64,000 nucleotides of DNA from Alkalispirochaeta sp. (GTDB lineage Bacteria > Spirochaetota > Spirochaetia > DSM-27196 > Alkalispirochaetaceae): contig OZ271854.1 of NCBI GenBank assembly GCA_965601925.1, positions 1,952,001-2,016,000 on the forward strand. The letters run 5' to 3'. The translations under genes and the position numbers were made by a program. How positions within the stretch are numbered: the first letter of the stretch is position 1; each line of letters begins with the position of its first letter. The notes below the pieces were generated by a model. The model searched no databases, had not been told where the DNA came from, and saw nothing but the letters and a program-made list of their open reading frames with translations. Below are positions 17,876 to 28,032 of this stretch, in pieces.

Positions 17876-18742
17876 ATGAGCATTTTGATTGATGAAAATA
17901 CGAACGTTCTGGTGCAGGGTATTACCGGACGCGACGGGTCGTTTCACGCACGCCAGATGATCAAGGACGGAACGAAGGTAATCGGCGGCGTGACGCCCGG
18001 TAAGGGCGGACAGACCATGGACGGTGTGCCGGTCTACAACTCCGTCGGTGATGCGCAGAAAGACCACCGCGTCGATGCGACGGTGATATTCGTGCCCGCC
18101 AAGTTTGCCGCCGCGGCGGTCCGCGAGGCGGCGGACGCTAAGGTGCCGCTGATCATCACGATCACCGAGGGCGTGCCGGTCCTGGAGATGCTGGACGCCT
18201 ACCAGTACATAAAACGACAAGGCCTGCGGATGATCGGTCCCAATTGTCCGGGGCTCATCAGTCCCGGTAAGAGCAAGATCGGGATCATGCCGTACCACAT
18301 TCACCTACCCGGCAACGTCGGCGTAATCTCCCGCTCCGGGACGCTTACCTACGAGGTCGTGTACAACCTTACCAAGCATAAAATCGGACAGAGTACGTGC
18401 GTCGGTATCGGCGGCGATCCGGTCATCGGAACCAATTACATCGACGCCTTAGAGATGTTCGAGTCGGATTCCGAAACCGCGGGCGTCGTTGTCATCGGTG
18501 AGATCGGTGGTGACGACGAAGAGCACGCGGCCGAGTTCATCAAAACTAAGATGAGTAAACCGGTCGTCGCCTTCATTTCCGGTCGTACCGCTCCTCCGGG
18601 TAAGCGTATGGGACACGCGGGTGCGATCATTTCCGGCGGAAAGGGAACTCCGGAGGCCAAGGTGAAGGCGTTCGAGGACGCCGGTGTACCGGTGGCCGAC
18701 AAGCCCGACGAGATCCCGGACCTTCTCAAACAGAAACTCTGA
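17876..18742 (+). CDS. sucD: Succinyl-CoA synthetase alpha subunit
   Basis: [26 protein letters not shown]. Confidence 0.97.
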   Translation: MSILIDENTNVLVQGITGRDGSFHARQMIKDGTKVIGGVTPGKGGQTMDGVPVYNSVGDAQKDHRVDATVIFVPAKFAAAAVREAADAKVPLIITITEGVPVLEMLDAYQYIKRQGLRMIGPNCPGLISPGKSKIGIMPYHIHLPGNVGVISRSGTLTYEVVYNLTKHKIGQSTCVGIGGDPVIGTNYIDALEMFESDSETAGVVVIGEIGGDDEEHAAEFIKTKMSKPVVAFISGRTAPPGKRMGHAGAIISGGKGTPEAKVKAFEDAGVPVADKPDEIPDLLKQKL

Positions 18743-18806
18743 TTGTTCAATGTGGTGCGAGCGATGCTGGTGCATAAAATTGACGGTTTCGCTCAGGAAA
18801 ATGGAG

Positions 18807-18862
18807 TATAATGCTTCTATATCCAAGCCGCGGGTTCTCCAGACCGCGGCTTGGTGTATTTT
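18807..18862 (+). promoter_or_regulatory. TATAAT -10 box followed by a strong hairpin (sucD terminator and/or sucA 5' hairpin)
   Basis: TATAAT 18807-18812; CCAAGCCGCGG/CCGCGGCTTGG stem 18823-18854 followed by TGTATTTT. Confidence 0.55.
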
Positions 18863-18885
18863 GAACACGTGAGAGGGTCGGTTTC

Positions 18886-21795
18886 ATGGAGTTTGTAGGA
18901 ATCGCAAATGCCGGATTCGCCGAAGATCTATTCGAATCGTGGAGAGAGGATCCCGAGAGCGTCACGCCGGAGTGGAGGGCGTATTTCGAACGCTTTCGAA
19001 ACGGCGTCGTCGAACCGTCGGATGTTGCCGAGCTCGCCCGCCGGGCGGCGCAATCGGCCGAGCGCGCCGGGCCGGAGAACGGCCGGTTCGTCGCACCTGC
19101 CGGCGCGATAGCGCCGAGTGCCAAGAGTCCTTCGGCCGGCTACATCGGGCAGTCGATCGGCGCACGGGGCCAGATACCGTCGGATAAACAGGCCGGTGTC
19201 GACAGGCTGGTGTGGGCGTATCGTGATGTCGGGGCGATTTACGCGCGTCTCAATCCGCTTGGCGACTACGAGACGCCGGAGATGCGTTATATGCGTATTA
19301 CCGTCGAGGGCGCATTCGAGAGTCTCTCCATCGAGGCGTTCGGACTCAGCGAAGACGATATGGATACCGAGTTCCATACCGGCGGCTTTTTTCAGCCCGT
19401 GCGGATGCCCCTCAGAGATATCATCGCGCGGGCCAAGCAAACCTACCTCTCGACCCTGGGAGTAGAGTTTTTACATATCAAAAATCGGGTCATGCGCCGC
19501 TGGCTCATCGAGAAGATAGAGAAAGAGCAGCACCAAACCGATTGGTCGCCCGATCAGAAGATTCGCTTTCAGAAGGATCTCATCAAGGCCGAAGAGTTCG
19601 AGCACTTCGTGCATTCCAACTTCATCGGGCAGAAACGGTTCAGTTTGGAGGGCGGCGAGGGGCTGATCCCGGCCCTCCATTACCTGATCTACACCGCCGC
19701 GGACCATAAGTTGCAGGAGATCGTCGTCGGTATGGCCCACCGTGGGAGGCTCAACGTCTTTACCAATGCGATGCGCAAGCCCGCCGTGGAGACCTTTTCC
19801 AAGTTCATCGACGTCGAGCAGCCGCACCAGTACGGCGGGACCGGCGACGTCAAGTACCATCTGGGCCACAGTTTCGACTACACCGATCGGGAGACGGGCA
19901 GGACCATCCATATCTCCCTCGTCGCAAATCCAAGCCATTTAGAGGCTGTCGATCCGGTCGTCCAAGGGAAGGCGCGCGGTATTCAGCGTCGCCGAGGCGA
20001 CATCAACCGCAAAAAGGTCGTACCGGTTCTGATTCATGGAGACGCGGCCTTCAACGGTCAAGGGGTCGTCGCCGAGACGTTCAACCTGAGCCAACTGAAG
20101 GGCTACCGTACCGGCGGGACGATTCATATCATCGTCAACAACCAGATCGGCTTTACGACCGCGAGCCGTGACGCGCGCAGTACCTTCTTCGCCACCGATT
20201 TTGCCAAGAGCCTTCAGATCCCGATCTTTCACGCGAACGGCGACGATCCGGAAGCGATCGTGCGCGCGGTCGACTTGGCGATGCGATGGCGGCAAAAGTT
20301 CGGATACGACGCGGTGGTCGATATTGTTTGCTATCGCCGGCTCGGTCACAACGAGGCGGATGAGCCGTCCTACACCCATCCGATCATGTACAAAATGATA
20401 AAAGGCCATCCCAGCGCGCCGGCCATCTACGGTAAGCGGCTGGCTGAATCGAACGTATGGACCGAACAGGAGCAAGATGCGTTTCGAAAACGCTATCGCG
20501 ATGTCCTAAAACGGCAGTTGGAGATGGCGAAAGGTAACTACAAGCCGAACATGGACGACGCTTTCGAGACGGGGGAATGGACCGCGTTTCAGCGTCGGTA
20601 CAGTTTCGATCCGGTCGAGACCGGCGTCGAGGAGGCCGATTTGCGACGCATCGGCGCCGTGCTCACGACCGTTCCCGACGGATTCCACCTCCACCCCAAG
20701 CTCAAGCGGGTGGTGGCCGAACGGGCGCGCATGCTCGAGTCGGGCGAGAACATCGATTGGGGTTTTGCCGAGGCGCTCGCGTTCGCCTCGATTCTCGACG
20801 CCGGGCATCCGATTCGTCTGAGCGGCGAGGATTCGGGTCGCGGCACCTTCAGCCATCGCCACGCCGAATGGTGGGACGTCGAGCGCGAGACGCCGCACTC
20901 CCACACCCCGCTGAAGAATGTTTCGCCGAATCAGGGGAGTTTCAGCGTCTACGATAGTCCCCTCTCGGAGTTTGCAGTTCTCGGGTTCGACTACGGATAC
21001 TCCCTCGCCCAACCCAATATCCTCGTCATTTGGGAGGCGCAGTTCGGCGACTTCGTCAATGGCGCCCAAGTGGTGATCGATCAATTCATCTCTTCGAGCG
21101 AGGGTAAGTGGTTTCGTAACTCCGGTTTGGTAATGCTCCTGCCCCATGGGTACGAGGGGCAGGGGCCGGAGCACTCCAGCGCTCACCTGGAGCGGTTTCT
21201 GCAACTATGCGCCGACGACAACATGCAGGTCGTCAATCCGACACTTCCCGCGCAGTGCTTCCACCTCTTTCGACGACAGGTCCTGCAGCCGTTTCGGAAA
21301 CCGCTCATCGTGATGTCGCCCAAAAGTCTCCTTCGACACAAAGAGGCTCAGTCGAGCCTGAGTGAGCTCACCGGGGGGCATTTTCGAACCGTTCTCGACG
21401 ATCCGCTTCGACCCGAGCGGGCCGATACGCTCATATTCTGCTCCGGCAAGGTCTATTTCGATCTGGATGCTCGTCGGAAGAAGCTCGGTCTCCAAAACGT
21501 GGCGATCGTGCGGATCGAACAGCTCTATCCCTGGCCCGAGGAGGAGATCGCGCGGATCACCTCCGCATATAACGGCGCGAAACGCGTGCTGTGGGTTCAG
21601 GAAGAGAGTCACAATCGCGGCGGTTGGCACTTTGTCAACGATCGATTTGCGGCCGTCGGCCCCGTTGAATGTGTTTGTCGCAAGGCGAGTCCGTCACCGG
21701 CGACCGGCTCGTTCCGCGAACATTCGACGGAACTCGAGACGATTTTGGGTCAGGCGTTCGCGCACGCCGTCGAGGCGGCGGGGAGCGGCGGGTGA
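18886..21795 (+). CDS. sucA: 2-oxoglutarate dehydrogenase E1
   Basis: KRFSLEGGE, GMAHRGRLN, GDVKYHLG, GDAAF..NN (ThDP motif), WEAQFGDF, PEHSSA. Confidence 0.96.
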   Translation: MEFVGIANAGFAEDLFESWREDPESVTPEWRAYFERFRNGVVEPSDVAELARRAAQSAERAGPENGRFVAPAGAIAPSAKSPSAGYIGQSIGARGQIPSDKQAGVDRLVWAYRDVGAIYARLNPLGDYETPEMRYMRITVEGAFESLSIEAFGLSEDDMDTEFHTGGFFQPVRMPLRDIIARAKQTYLSTLGVEFLHIKNRVMRRWLIEKIEKEQHQTDWSPDQKIRFQKDLIKAEEFEHFVHSNFIGQKRFSLEGGEGLIPALHYLIYTAADHKLQEIVVGMAHRGRLNVFTNAMRKPAVETFSKFIDVEQPHQYGGTGDVKYHLGHSFDYTDRETGRTIHISLVANPSHLEAVDPVVQGKARGIQRRRGDINRKKVVPVLIHGDAAFNGQGVVAETFNLSQLKGYRTGGTIHIIVNNQIGFTTASRDARSTFFATDFAKSLQIPIFHANGDDPEAIVRAVDLAMRWRQKFGYDAVVDIVCYRRLGHNEADEPSYTHPIMYKMIKGHPSAPAIYGKRLAESNVWTEQEQDAFRKRYRDVLKRQLEMAKGNYKPNMDDAFETGEWTAFQRRYSFDPVETGVEEADLRRIGAVLTTVPDGFHLHPKLKRVVAERARMLESGENIDWGFAEALAFASILDAGHPIRLSGEDSGRGTFSHRHAEWWDVERETPHSHTPLKNVSPNQGSFSVYDSPLSEFAVLGFDYGYSLAQPNILVIWEAQFGDFVNGAQVVIDQFISSSEGKWFRNSGLVMLLPHGYEGQGPEHSSAHLERFLQLCADDNMQVVNPTLPAQCFHLFRRQVLQPFRKPLIVMSPKSLLRHKEAQSSLSELTGGHFRTVLDDPLRPERADTLIFCSGKVYFDLDARRKKLGLQNVAIVRIEQLYPWPEEEIARITSAYNGAKRVLWVQEESHNRGGWHFVNDRFAAVGPVECVCRKASPSPATGSFREHSTELETILGQAFAHAVEAAGSGG

Positions 21796-21859
21796 GAATC
21801 GCCGGCTTGTCCGTTGAGCGCTACGAACGGAAAGAGACAATGAGAGGAGACGGTACGCA

Positions 21860-23104
21860 ATGAAACAGGCAGTCGAGGTGCCGCAGGTCGGCGAGTCGGT
21901 CACCAGCGGCATTTTAGCGGTATGGAACGTTACCGACGGGGCCTTCGTCAACGAGGGAGAAGAGATCTTCGAACTGGAGACCGATAAGGCGACGCTTCCC
22001 GTTCCTGCGCCGGTGAGCGGAGTCATTACCATCAAGGTGTCGGCCGATGAAGAGGTAGATATCGGTGCGGTTGTGGCGGAAATCGATACGGATGCGGCCG
22101 CCCCGGCCGTCTCCGAGGCGGCACCTGCGGCCGAGGCGGCTCCCGCCACCGAGAAGCCCGTGCCGGCCTCGCAAGAGTCCTCTCCGGCGGCGACCGCCGC
22201 CGACGCCCTTTCCCCGGCGGTACGCCGCGCTCTTGAGGAGCACGGCCTCGATTCCGCAACCGTAGCGGCCGCCGTCACTCCTTCCGGAAAGGATGGGCGG
22301 CTGACCAAGGGCGACGTCGAGTCGTTTGTAAGGGATAAGCGTTCCTCCGGTGCCCCGTTGTCGCCGGCACCGGCGGCCTCCGAACGGCCCCCCGCGGGCG
22401 GCGCCGAGCGTCAAGAGCGAAAGAAAATGACCAACCTGCGCCGGACAATCGCGGAGAATCTGGTGCGTAGTAAACAGCAGAGTGCCCATCTTACGACCTT
22501 TAACGAGGTCGATATGAGCGGGATCATCGCGATGCGCACCCGTTACAAAGACCGTTTCGAACAGAAGCACGGCGTCCGCCTCGGTTTCATGAGCTTCTTC
22601 GTGAAGGCCGCGCAGCGAGCTCTGGTCGAGTTTCCGGCGGTCAACGCCTTCGTCGACGGCGATGAGATTATCTACAACTATTTTTACAACATCGGTGTCG
22701 CGATCTCGACCGACGCCGGGTTGGTGGTGCCGGTACTTAAGAATGCCGACTCCCTCGGTTTTGCCGACATCGAGTCGAAGATCGCCGACTTTGCCGCACG
22801 AGCGCGGGCGAGGCGCCTTTTGCCGGACGAGTTTACCGGCGGTACCTTTTCGATAACCAACGGCGGCGTGTTCGGCAGCATGTTGTCGACGCCGATTCCC
22901 AACCCGCCTCAGACGGCGATTCTGGGAATGCATGCAATCAACAAGCGCGCCGTCGTCGTGGACGACGAGATCGTCGTCAGGCCCATGATGTACGTGGCGC
23001 TTACCTACGATCATCGCATCATCGACGGCCGGGGAGCGATCGGATTTCTGGGCACGATCAAACATCTCGTCGAGGAGCCGGCACAGCTCCTTTTGGATCT
23101 GTAG
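21860..23104 (+). CDS. sucB: Dihydrolipoamide succinyltransferase E2
   Basis: Lipoyl ETDKA, Ala/Pro linker, E3-binding SPAVRR..GRLTKGDV, catalytic DHRIIDG. Confidence 0.96.
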   Translation: MKQAVEVPQVGESVTSGILAVWNVTDGAFVNEGEEIFELETDKATLPVPAPVSGVITIKVSADEEVDIGAVVAEIDTDAAAPAVSEAAPAAEAAPATEKPVPASQESSPAATAADALSPAVRRALEEHGLDSATVAAAVTPSGKDGRLTKGDVESFVRDKRSSGAPLSPAPAASERPPAGGAERQERKKMTNLRRTIAENLVRSKQQSAHLTTFNEVDMSGIIAMRTRYKDRFEQKHGVRLGFMSFFVKAAQRALVEFPAVNAFVDGDEIIYNYFYNIGVAISTDAGLVVPVLKNADSLGFADIESKIADFAARARARRLLPDEFTGGTFSITNGGVFGSMLSTPIPNPPQTAILGMHAINKRAVVVDDEIVVRPMMYVALTYDHRIIDGRGAIGFLGTIKHLVEEPAQLLLDL

Positions 23105-23181
23105 ACGCAACGTGATGATCAGATGCGGCGGAGCCGTCTGCGCCGACGATGAACGGTCCGCCGCGGCCGATGAGGAGTGAG

Positions 23182-24615
23182 ATGGTGAGTGAATACGATA
23201 CGATTGTCCTCGGCGGCGGCCCCGGTGGGTATGTCGCGGCGATTCGATCGAGTCAGTTGGGGCTCAAGACCGCCCTTTTGGAGAAGCGCTCGACCTTGGG
23301 GGGAACGTGCCTCAACATTGGGTGCATTCCCTCGAAGGCGCTTTTGGACACGAGCGAATTTTTTGCGCGCGCCCGCGACGAGGCGGCGCATCACGGGATC
23401 ACGATTGAGAATCTGGCGATCGATCCGGCGACGATGCACAAGCGTAAGGATCAGGTCGTCGGAAAGTTGACCGGTGGCGTCGCGACGCTCATGAAGATCA
23501 ATGGAATAGACGTCCATCACGGCGTCGGATGGGTGCGCGATGCGGGTCGTATCGACGTTCTTCCCCCGGACACGGTAGAGGAAGGCACCGACTCGGCAAA
23601 GGCGATCGCCACGCTCACGGGAAAGAATCTCGTGCTTGCGACCGGTTCGGTGCCGATCGAACTTCCGTTCCTGCCGCTCGATGGAAAAACGATCGTCGAT
23701 TCCACCGGTGCGCTCGCCTTCGATACCGTGCCGGAGCACCTGGTCGTAGTCGGCGGAGGCGTGATCGGATTGGAGCTCGGGAGTGTCTGGTCCCGCCTCG
23801 GTGCGAAAGTGACGGTGGTAGAGGTGTTGCCGTCGATTATGAACGGGTGGGATGCCGAGGTCGTCAAAACGATGAAACGTGAGCTCGGCAAGCAGGGCAT
23901 CGAGTTTCTGCTGGAGACCAAGGTTGAAGGTGTCAAGGTAAGTCGCGGCAAAGCGACGCTCAACGCCACCGATAAAAAAGGGGGCGCCGTCGAGCTCAAA
24001 GCGGACAAGGTTCTCGTGGCGGTCGGCCGTCGTCCGTACCTGGAGGGCGCCAACCTCGAAGTCCTGGGCTTGGAGATGGAGCAGCGGCGCGTGAAAGTCG
24101 ATGCTCATTTTCGTACCTCCGTGGCGGGCGTATGGGCGATCGGCGATATCATTCACGGCCCCATGCTCGCTCACAAGGCGGAGGACGAAGGGGCGGCCGT
24201 GGCCGAACGGATTGCCGGTAAGGCGGGCCACGTCAACTACGACGCCATACCCAATGTCATCTATACCTGGCCGGAGGCCGCGAGCGTGGGGAAGACCGAG
24301 GAGCAACTCAAAGAGGCCGGTGTCGAATACAACCGCGGCAGCTTTCCGTTCGGCGCCAACGGACGCGCCCTGGCGATGGGTTCGACGGGGGGGTTCGTAA
24401 AGATCCTGGCCGATGCACGGAGCGACCGAGTGCTGGGCGCCCATATTGTGGGACCGTGGGCGAGCGACCTGCTTGCCGAGATCGTGTCGGTCATCGAGTT
24501 CGGTGGAAGCGCGGAGGATATCGCGCGCACCGTCCATTCGCATCCGACACTTACCGAGGTCGTCAAAGAGGCGGCTCTCGGTGTCGATGGGCGGATGATA
24601 CACGCTAAAAACTGA
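23182..24615 (+). CDS. lpdA: Dihydrolipoamide dehydrogenase E3
   Basis: GGGPGGY, GGTCLNIGCIPSK, HPTLTE; start at ATG 23182 after GAGGAG. Confidence 0.96.
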   Translation: MVSEYDTIVLGGGPGGYVAAIRSSQLGLKTALLEKRSTLGGTCLNIGCIPSKALLDTSEFFARARDEAAHHGITIENLAIDPATMHKRKDQVVGKLTGGVATLMKINGIDVHHGVGWVRDAGRIDVLPPDTVEEGTDSAKAIATLTGKNLVLATGSVPIELPFLPLDGKTIVDSTGALAFDTVPEHLVVVGGGVIGLELGSVWSRLGAKVTVVEVLPSIMNGWDAEVVKTMKRELGKQGIEFLLETKVEGVKVSRGKATLNATDKKGGAVELKADKVLVAVGRRPYLEGANLEVLGLEMEQRRVKVDAHFRTSVAGVWAIGDIIHGPMLAHKAEDEGAAVAERIAGKAGHVNYDAIPNVIYTWPEAASVGKTEEQLKEAGVEYNRGSFPFGANGRALAMGSTGGFVKILADARSDRVLGAHIVGPWASDLLAEIVSVIEFGGSAEDIARTVHSHPTLTEVVKEAALGVDGRMIHAKN

Positions 24616-24629
24616 GGAGAGAGGAGACA

Positions 24630-25778
24630 ATGAGTACGCAACAACAGTATCCGAAAGGGCTCGAGGGTGTCATTGCCGCCGAAAGCCGAATCTGCAAAAT
24701 CGACGGCGAGACGGGAAAGCTCTACTATCTCGGCTATCCGATCGATGAGTTGGTCAAGAATGCCGATTTTGAAGAGGTTACCTACCTGCTTCTCAACGGG
24801 GAGCTTCCTTCTGCCGACCAACTCTCCGATTTTCGCAAAGCCATGCGTGACGGGCGCCGTCTCAAGCAGCCTATCCTCGACATGATCGACAGTTTTCCCA
24901 AAGATGCCCATCCCATGGAGCTTCTTCAGTCGGTAATCAGCTATCTTTCCGGTTATGTAGACCACAAAATTCACCACGGTCCGCACTGCAATTGCCGCAA
25001 TACGCTCCATCAGGTCGGGCAGATCGCTACGGTCATCGCCGCCTACCATCGCCTCCGAGGCGGCCACGGCTACGTGCCGCCCCGCGACGACCTCAACCAC
25101 GGCGCCAATTTCCTGTACATGCTCCACGGAGAGGAGCCGGATGCCGACGAAGGCGAGATCATGGATCAGTGCCTTGTTCTCCACGCCGAGCACAGTTTTA
25201 ACGCGAGCACCTTCACCGCGCGCGTCGTCGCGAGCACGCAGAGCACCTGTTATTCCAGCATCTCCGCGGCGATCGGCGCCTTGTACGGGACTCTCCACGG
25301 CGGAGCCAACGAGCGCGTTATCCAGATGGCGGATGAAATCGGAGAGCCCGAGCGTGTCGAGCAGTATATCAAGGACAAGTTGGCGCGCAAGGAGAAGGTC
25401 ATGGGCATGGGACACCGCGTGTATCGTGCCAAAGATCCCCGCGCGATCGTGATGGAGCAGTTTCTCGAACGCTTGTCAGAGAAGAAGGGCGATTGGAAGT
25501 ATCACAAGATCCTAAAGGGAGTAGAGAGGACCTTTCGAGAGATCATGGAGGAGAAGGGGAAACCGATCTATCCCAACGTGGATTTCTTTTCGGGCGCCGT
25601 CTACCGACTGCTTGGTATTCCGAGCGAGTTGTTCACGCCGATCTTCGCTGCGGCCCGTGTCTCCGGATGGTTGGCCCATATTCTCGAGCAACGAGAGCGC
25701 GAACAGCGCATCTTTCGTCCCAAGGCGCTCTACGTGGGTGACGCCGACAGGGTAATGGCGCCGGTCGCCGATCGCTGA
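24630..25778 (+). CDS. gltA: Citrate synthase (short dimeric type; 2-methylcitrate synthase not excluded)
   Basis: GLEGV, HAEHSFNAST, LHGGANE, GMGHRVY, PNVDF; located in the TCA cluster. Confidence 0.85.
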   Translation: MSTQQQYPKGLEGVIAAESRICKIDGETGKLYYLGYPIDELVKNADFEEVTYLLLNGELPSADQLSDFRKAMRDGRRLKQPILDMIDSFPKDAHPMELLQSVISYLSGYVDHKIHHGPHCNCRNTLHQVGQIATVIAAYHRLRGGHGYVPPRDDLNHGANFLYMLHGEEPDADEGEIMDQCLVLHAEHSFNASTFTARVVASTQSTCYSSISAAIGALYGTLHGGANERVIQMADEIGEPERVEQYIKDKLARKEKVMGMGHRVYRAKDPRAIVMEQFLERLSEKKGDWKYHKILKGVERTFREIMEEKGKPIYPNVDFFSGAVYRLLGIPSELFTPIFAAARVSGWLAHILEQREREQRIFRPKALYVGDADRVMAPVADR

Positions 25779-25793
25779 CCGGTTCGTCCGCCG

Positions 25794-25831
25794 CGAGGCG
25801 AGGGGCCGGCGCGCCGCGCCCTCTCGCCTCG
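25794..25831. terminator. GC-rich hairpin between convergent gltA and the YqfO-like gene
   Basis: CGAGGCGAGGGG...CTCTCGCCTCG stem; no clear T tract. Confidence 0.5.
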
Positions 25832-26197
25832 TTATGCCCCGTCTTCCGCAGCATCGCCCGCGCCGTCGAGTTCCGACGGTAGATCGTCTCCCACCCACAC
25901 TCGATAGACCTCATAGGCCGGTTCCTCGTAGGGATGGGCACGAATAAGTGCTCCGATCGCGGCGCGGACGACCTCGGAACGGCACAATACTTCTACACGA
26001 AACTCGGGAACACGCTCGATATGCCCGGCACTCCCGATGAAGGGATTGCTACCCGAGAGCGGTCGAAACTGTCCCGTCCCCAACGTCTGCCATGCACAGC
26101 ATTCGTAGTTTCCCATTCGACCCGCACCGGCGTCGAACACGGCGAGTTTTACCTCCTCGACCTGCGGCTCGGGGACGAAAAAGATCAGTTTGAACAT
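25832..26197 (-). CDS. YqfO/NIF3-type small PII-like domain protein
   Basis: MFKLIFFVP..AGAGRMGNYECC..GQFRPL..HPYEEPAY; start moved to ATG 26197. Confidence 0.88.
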   Translation of the reverse strand: MFKLIFFVPEPQVEEVKLAVFDAGAGRMGNYECCAWQTLGTGQFRPLSGSNPFIGSAGHIERVPEFRVEVLCRSEVVRAAIGALIRAHPYEEPAYEVYRVWVGDDLPSELDGAGDAAEDGA

Positions 26198-26275
26198 TGC
26201 AAAACTGTAATGTGATTGAAAGTCTGTGGAAAGGTCCTTACAACATATTTCATCACGTAATACGGAGGGATATGG

Positions 26276-27763
26276 ATGAACGTAGAAAGCAAAGAGTTCA
26301 AACTGCATCGCGCCGCCGCACCTTCACGGTACTCGCGCGCACTCGCCGCAGGCGTTTTTGGGCTTATTGCTTTTTTGGTTGAACCGTCTTACACGGCAGC
26401 GCAGGTCGATATGCCGGCGGACGACATGGCCGTTATGGAGGCGTATCAGAATACGCTGCGGCACGTCTCCCAAGAGGTTCTTCCCGTGGTCGTGGAGATC
26501 GACGTCGTCGAACGCGTGTCGCGGAGAGTACGTCAGGTTCCATCGCCCTTGGAGTTCTTTTTCGGACGACCCGATCAGCGGATGAACGACGAGCCGCAGG
26601 TGCGTGAGTTCGAGCAACGCGGTATCGGGTCCGGTATTATCGTGCGTCGCGACGGCGAACGAGTCTATGTGCTCACCAATCACCACGTTGCCGGCGATGC
26701 GGATACGATCAACATAACGCTGCACGACGGGCGCGCATTCGAATCGACGCTCGTCGGTTCTGATCCGAATCGGGACCTCGCGCTGGTCGTCTTTGAGACG
26801 GGCGAAGAAGTGCCCGTTGCGCGTCTCGGCGACTCCGATGTAGTACAGGTCGGCGATTTTGTACTCGCGGTCGGAAACCCTCTGGGATTCGAGTCGACGG
26901 TAACCAGCGGTATCGTAAGCGCCGTCGAACGGCAGGGTGGGCCCCAACGACGCGGGATGCCGATCCTCACCGACTATATCCAGACCGATGCGGCGATCAA
27001 TCGCGGAAACTCCGGCGGTGCGTTGGTCAATCTGCGCGGCGAGGTCGTCGGCATCAACACGTGGATCGCATCTCAGTCGGGCGGTAACGTCGGACTCGGG
27101 TTCGCAATCCCGATCAACAATGCGCGACGCGCCATCGATCAGTTCATCGAGTCCGGTAGCATCGAGTACGGGTGGTTGGGCGTCAATATGGCGGATACTC
27201 CGTCCAGCCAGTCCGACTCGCTCAGTGAGTCGCAGGGCGGTGCGTTCGTCTACAACGTATACAGCGGCTCTCCCGCCGCCGATGCGGGAATCGAGCCCGG
27301 CGATATCGTCGTCCGCGTCGGTGCCGCCGAGATCGAGGATAGCAACGACTTGTTGCGCGCCGTCACCGAGCTGGAACCGGGAAATCGGATTCCGTTTCAG
27401 GTGCGGAGAGACAATGCGCTGCGTACGGTATATGTACGCGCCGGCATCAGGCCGTCGGGGGCCGACGAAGTGTCGTCCGCAGACCTCTGGCCGGGTATGT
27501 CGATCGTCGAAGTGACCGACGAGATTCGCGATAACTTAAACCTGTCAAACCGCGACGGCGATTTGATCGTAGGGCAGGTGACCGACGGCTCGCCGGCGGC
27601 GATCGCGGGCCTCCGGAGCGGCGATATCATCACGCGTGTGAATAACAACGGCGTGAGCACGCTCCGAGATTTCTATATGGAGTTAAACGGTGCGAACGGA
27701 GGTGAGATTATCTTTCGTATCCGCCGTAATGATACCAACCTCATTATCGGGTTGGTGAAGTAA
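26276..27763 (+). CDS. degP: DegP/HtrA serine protease with two PDZ domains
   Basis: Signal peptide; GSGII, TNHHV, DLA, QTDAAINRGNSGG; two GSPAAxAG PDZ repeats. Confidence 0.92.
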   Translation: MNVESKEFKLHRAAAPSRYSRALAAGVFGLIAFLVEPSYTAAQVDMPADDMAVMEAYQNTLRHVSQEVLPVVVEIDVVERVSRRVRQVPSPLEFFFGRPDQRMNDEPQVREFEQRGIGSGIIVRRDGERVYVLTNHHVAGDADTINITLHDGRAFESTLVGSDPNRDLALVVFETGEEVPVARLGDSDVVQVGDFVLAVGNPLGFESTVTSGIVSAVERQGGPQRRGMPILTDYIQTDAAINRGNSGGALVNLRGEVVGINTWIASQSGGNVGLGFAIPINNARRAIDQFIESGSIEYGWLGVNMADTPSSQSDSLSESQGGAFVYNVYSGSPAADAGIEPGDIVVRVGAAEIEDSNDLLRAVTELEPGNRIPFQVRRDNALRTVYVRAGIRPSGADEVSSADLWPGMSIVEVTDEIRDNLNLSNRDGDLIVGQVTDGSPAAIAGLRSGDIITRVNNNGVSTLRDFYMELNGANGGEIIFRIRRNDTNLIIGLVK

Positions 27764-28032
27764 CTCACTGGATCCTCCTCTTGTGCTTGGTCCGTCCAAG
27801 GTCTGTCCGGCGCACGCCCCCGCGTCGGCAGGCTGAGGGCGGGCCTTTTTTTGTCCGATTTTCGCTACACTTCCCGTAAGCGAGACACGTAATTTCATCG
27901 CACTCCGCCGTGTGGACGCGTCTTTCCGGTATATGTTCCAATAGCGCCATGGTACGTCGAGGACGGTCGGTCCGCATACGAATGGGAGGTGCTGCGCCTG
28001 CAAGACGTAACGCACCGCGTCGTCGTGCGCGA

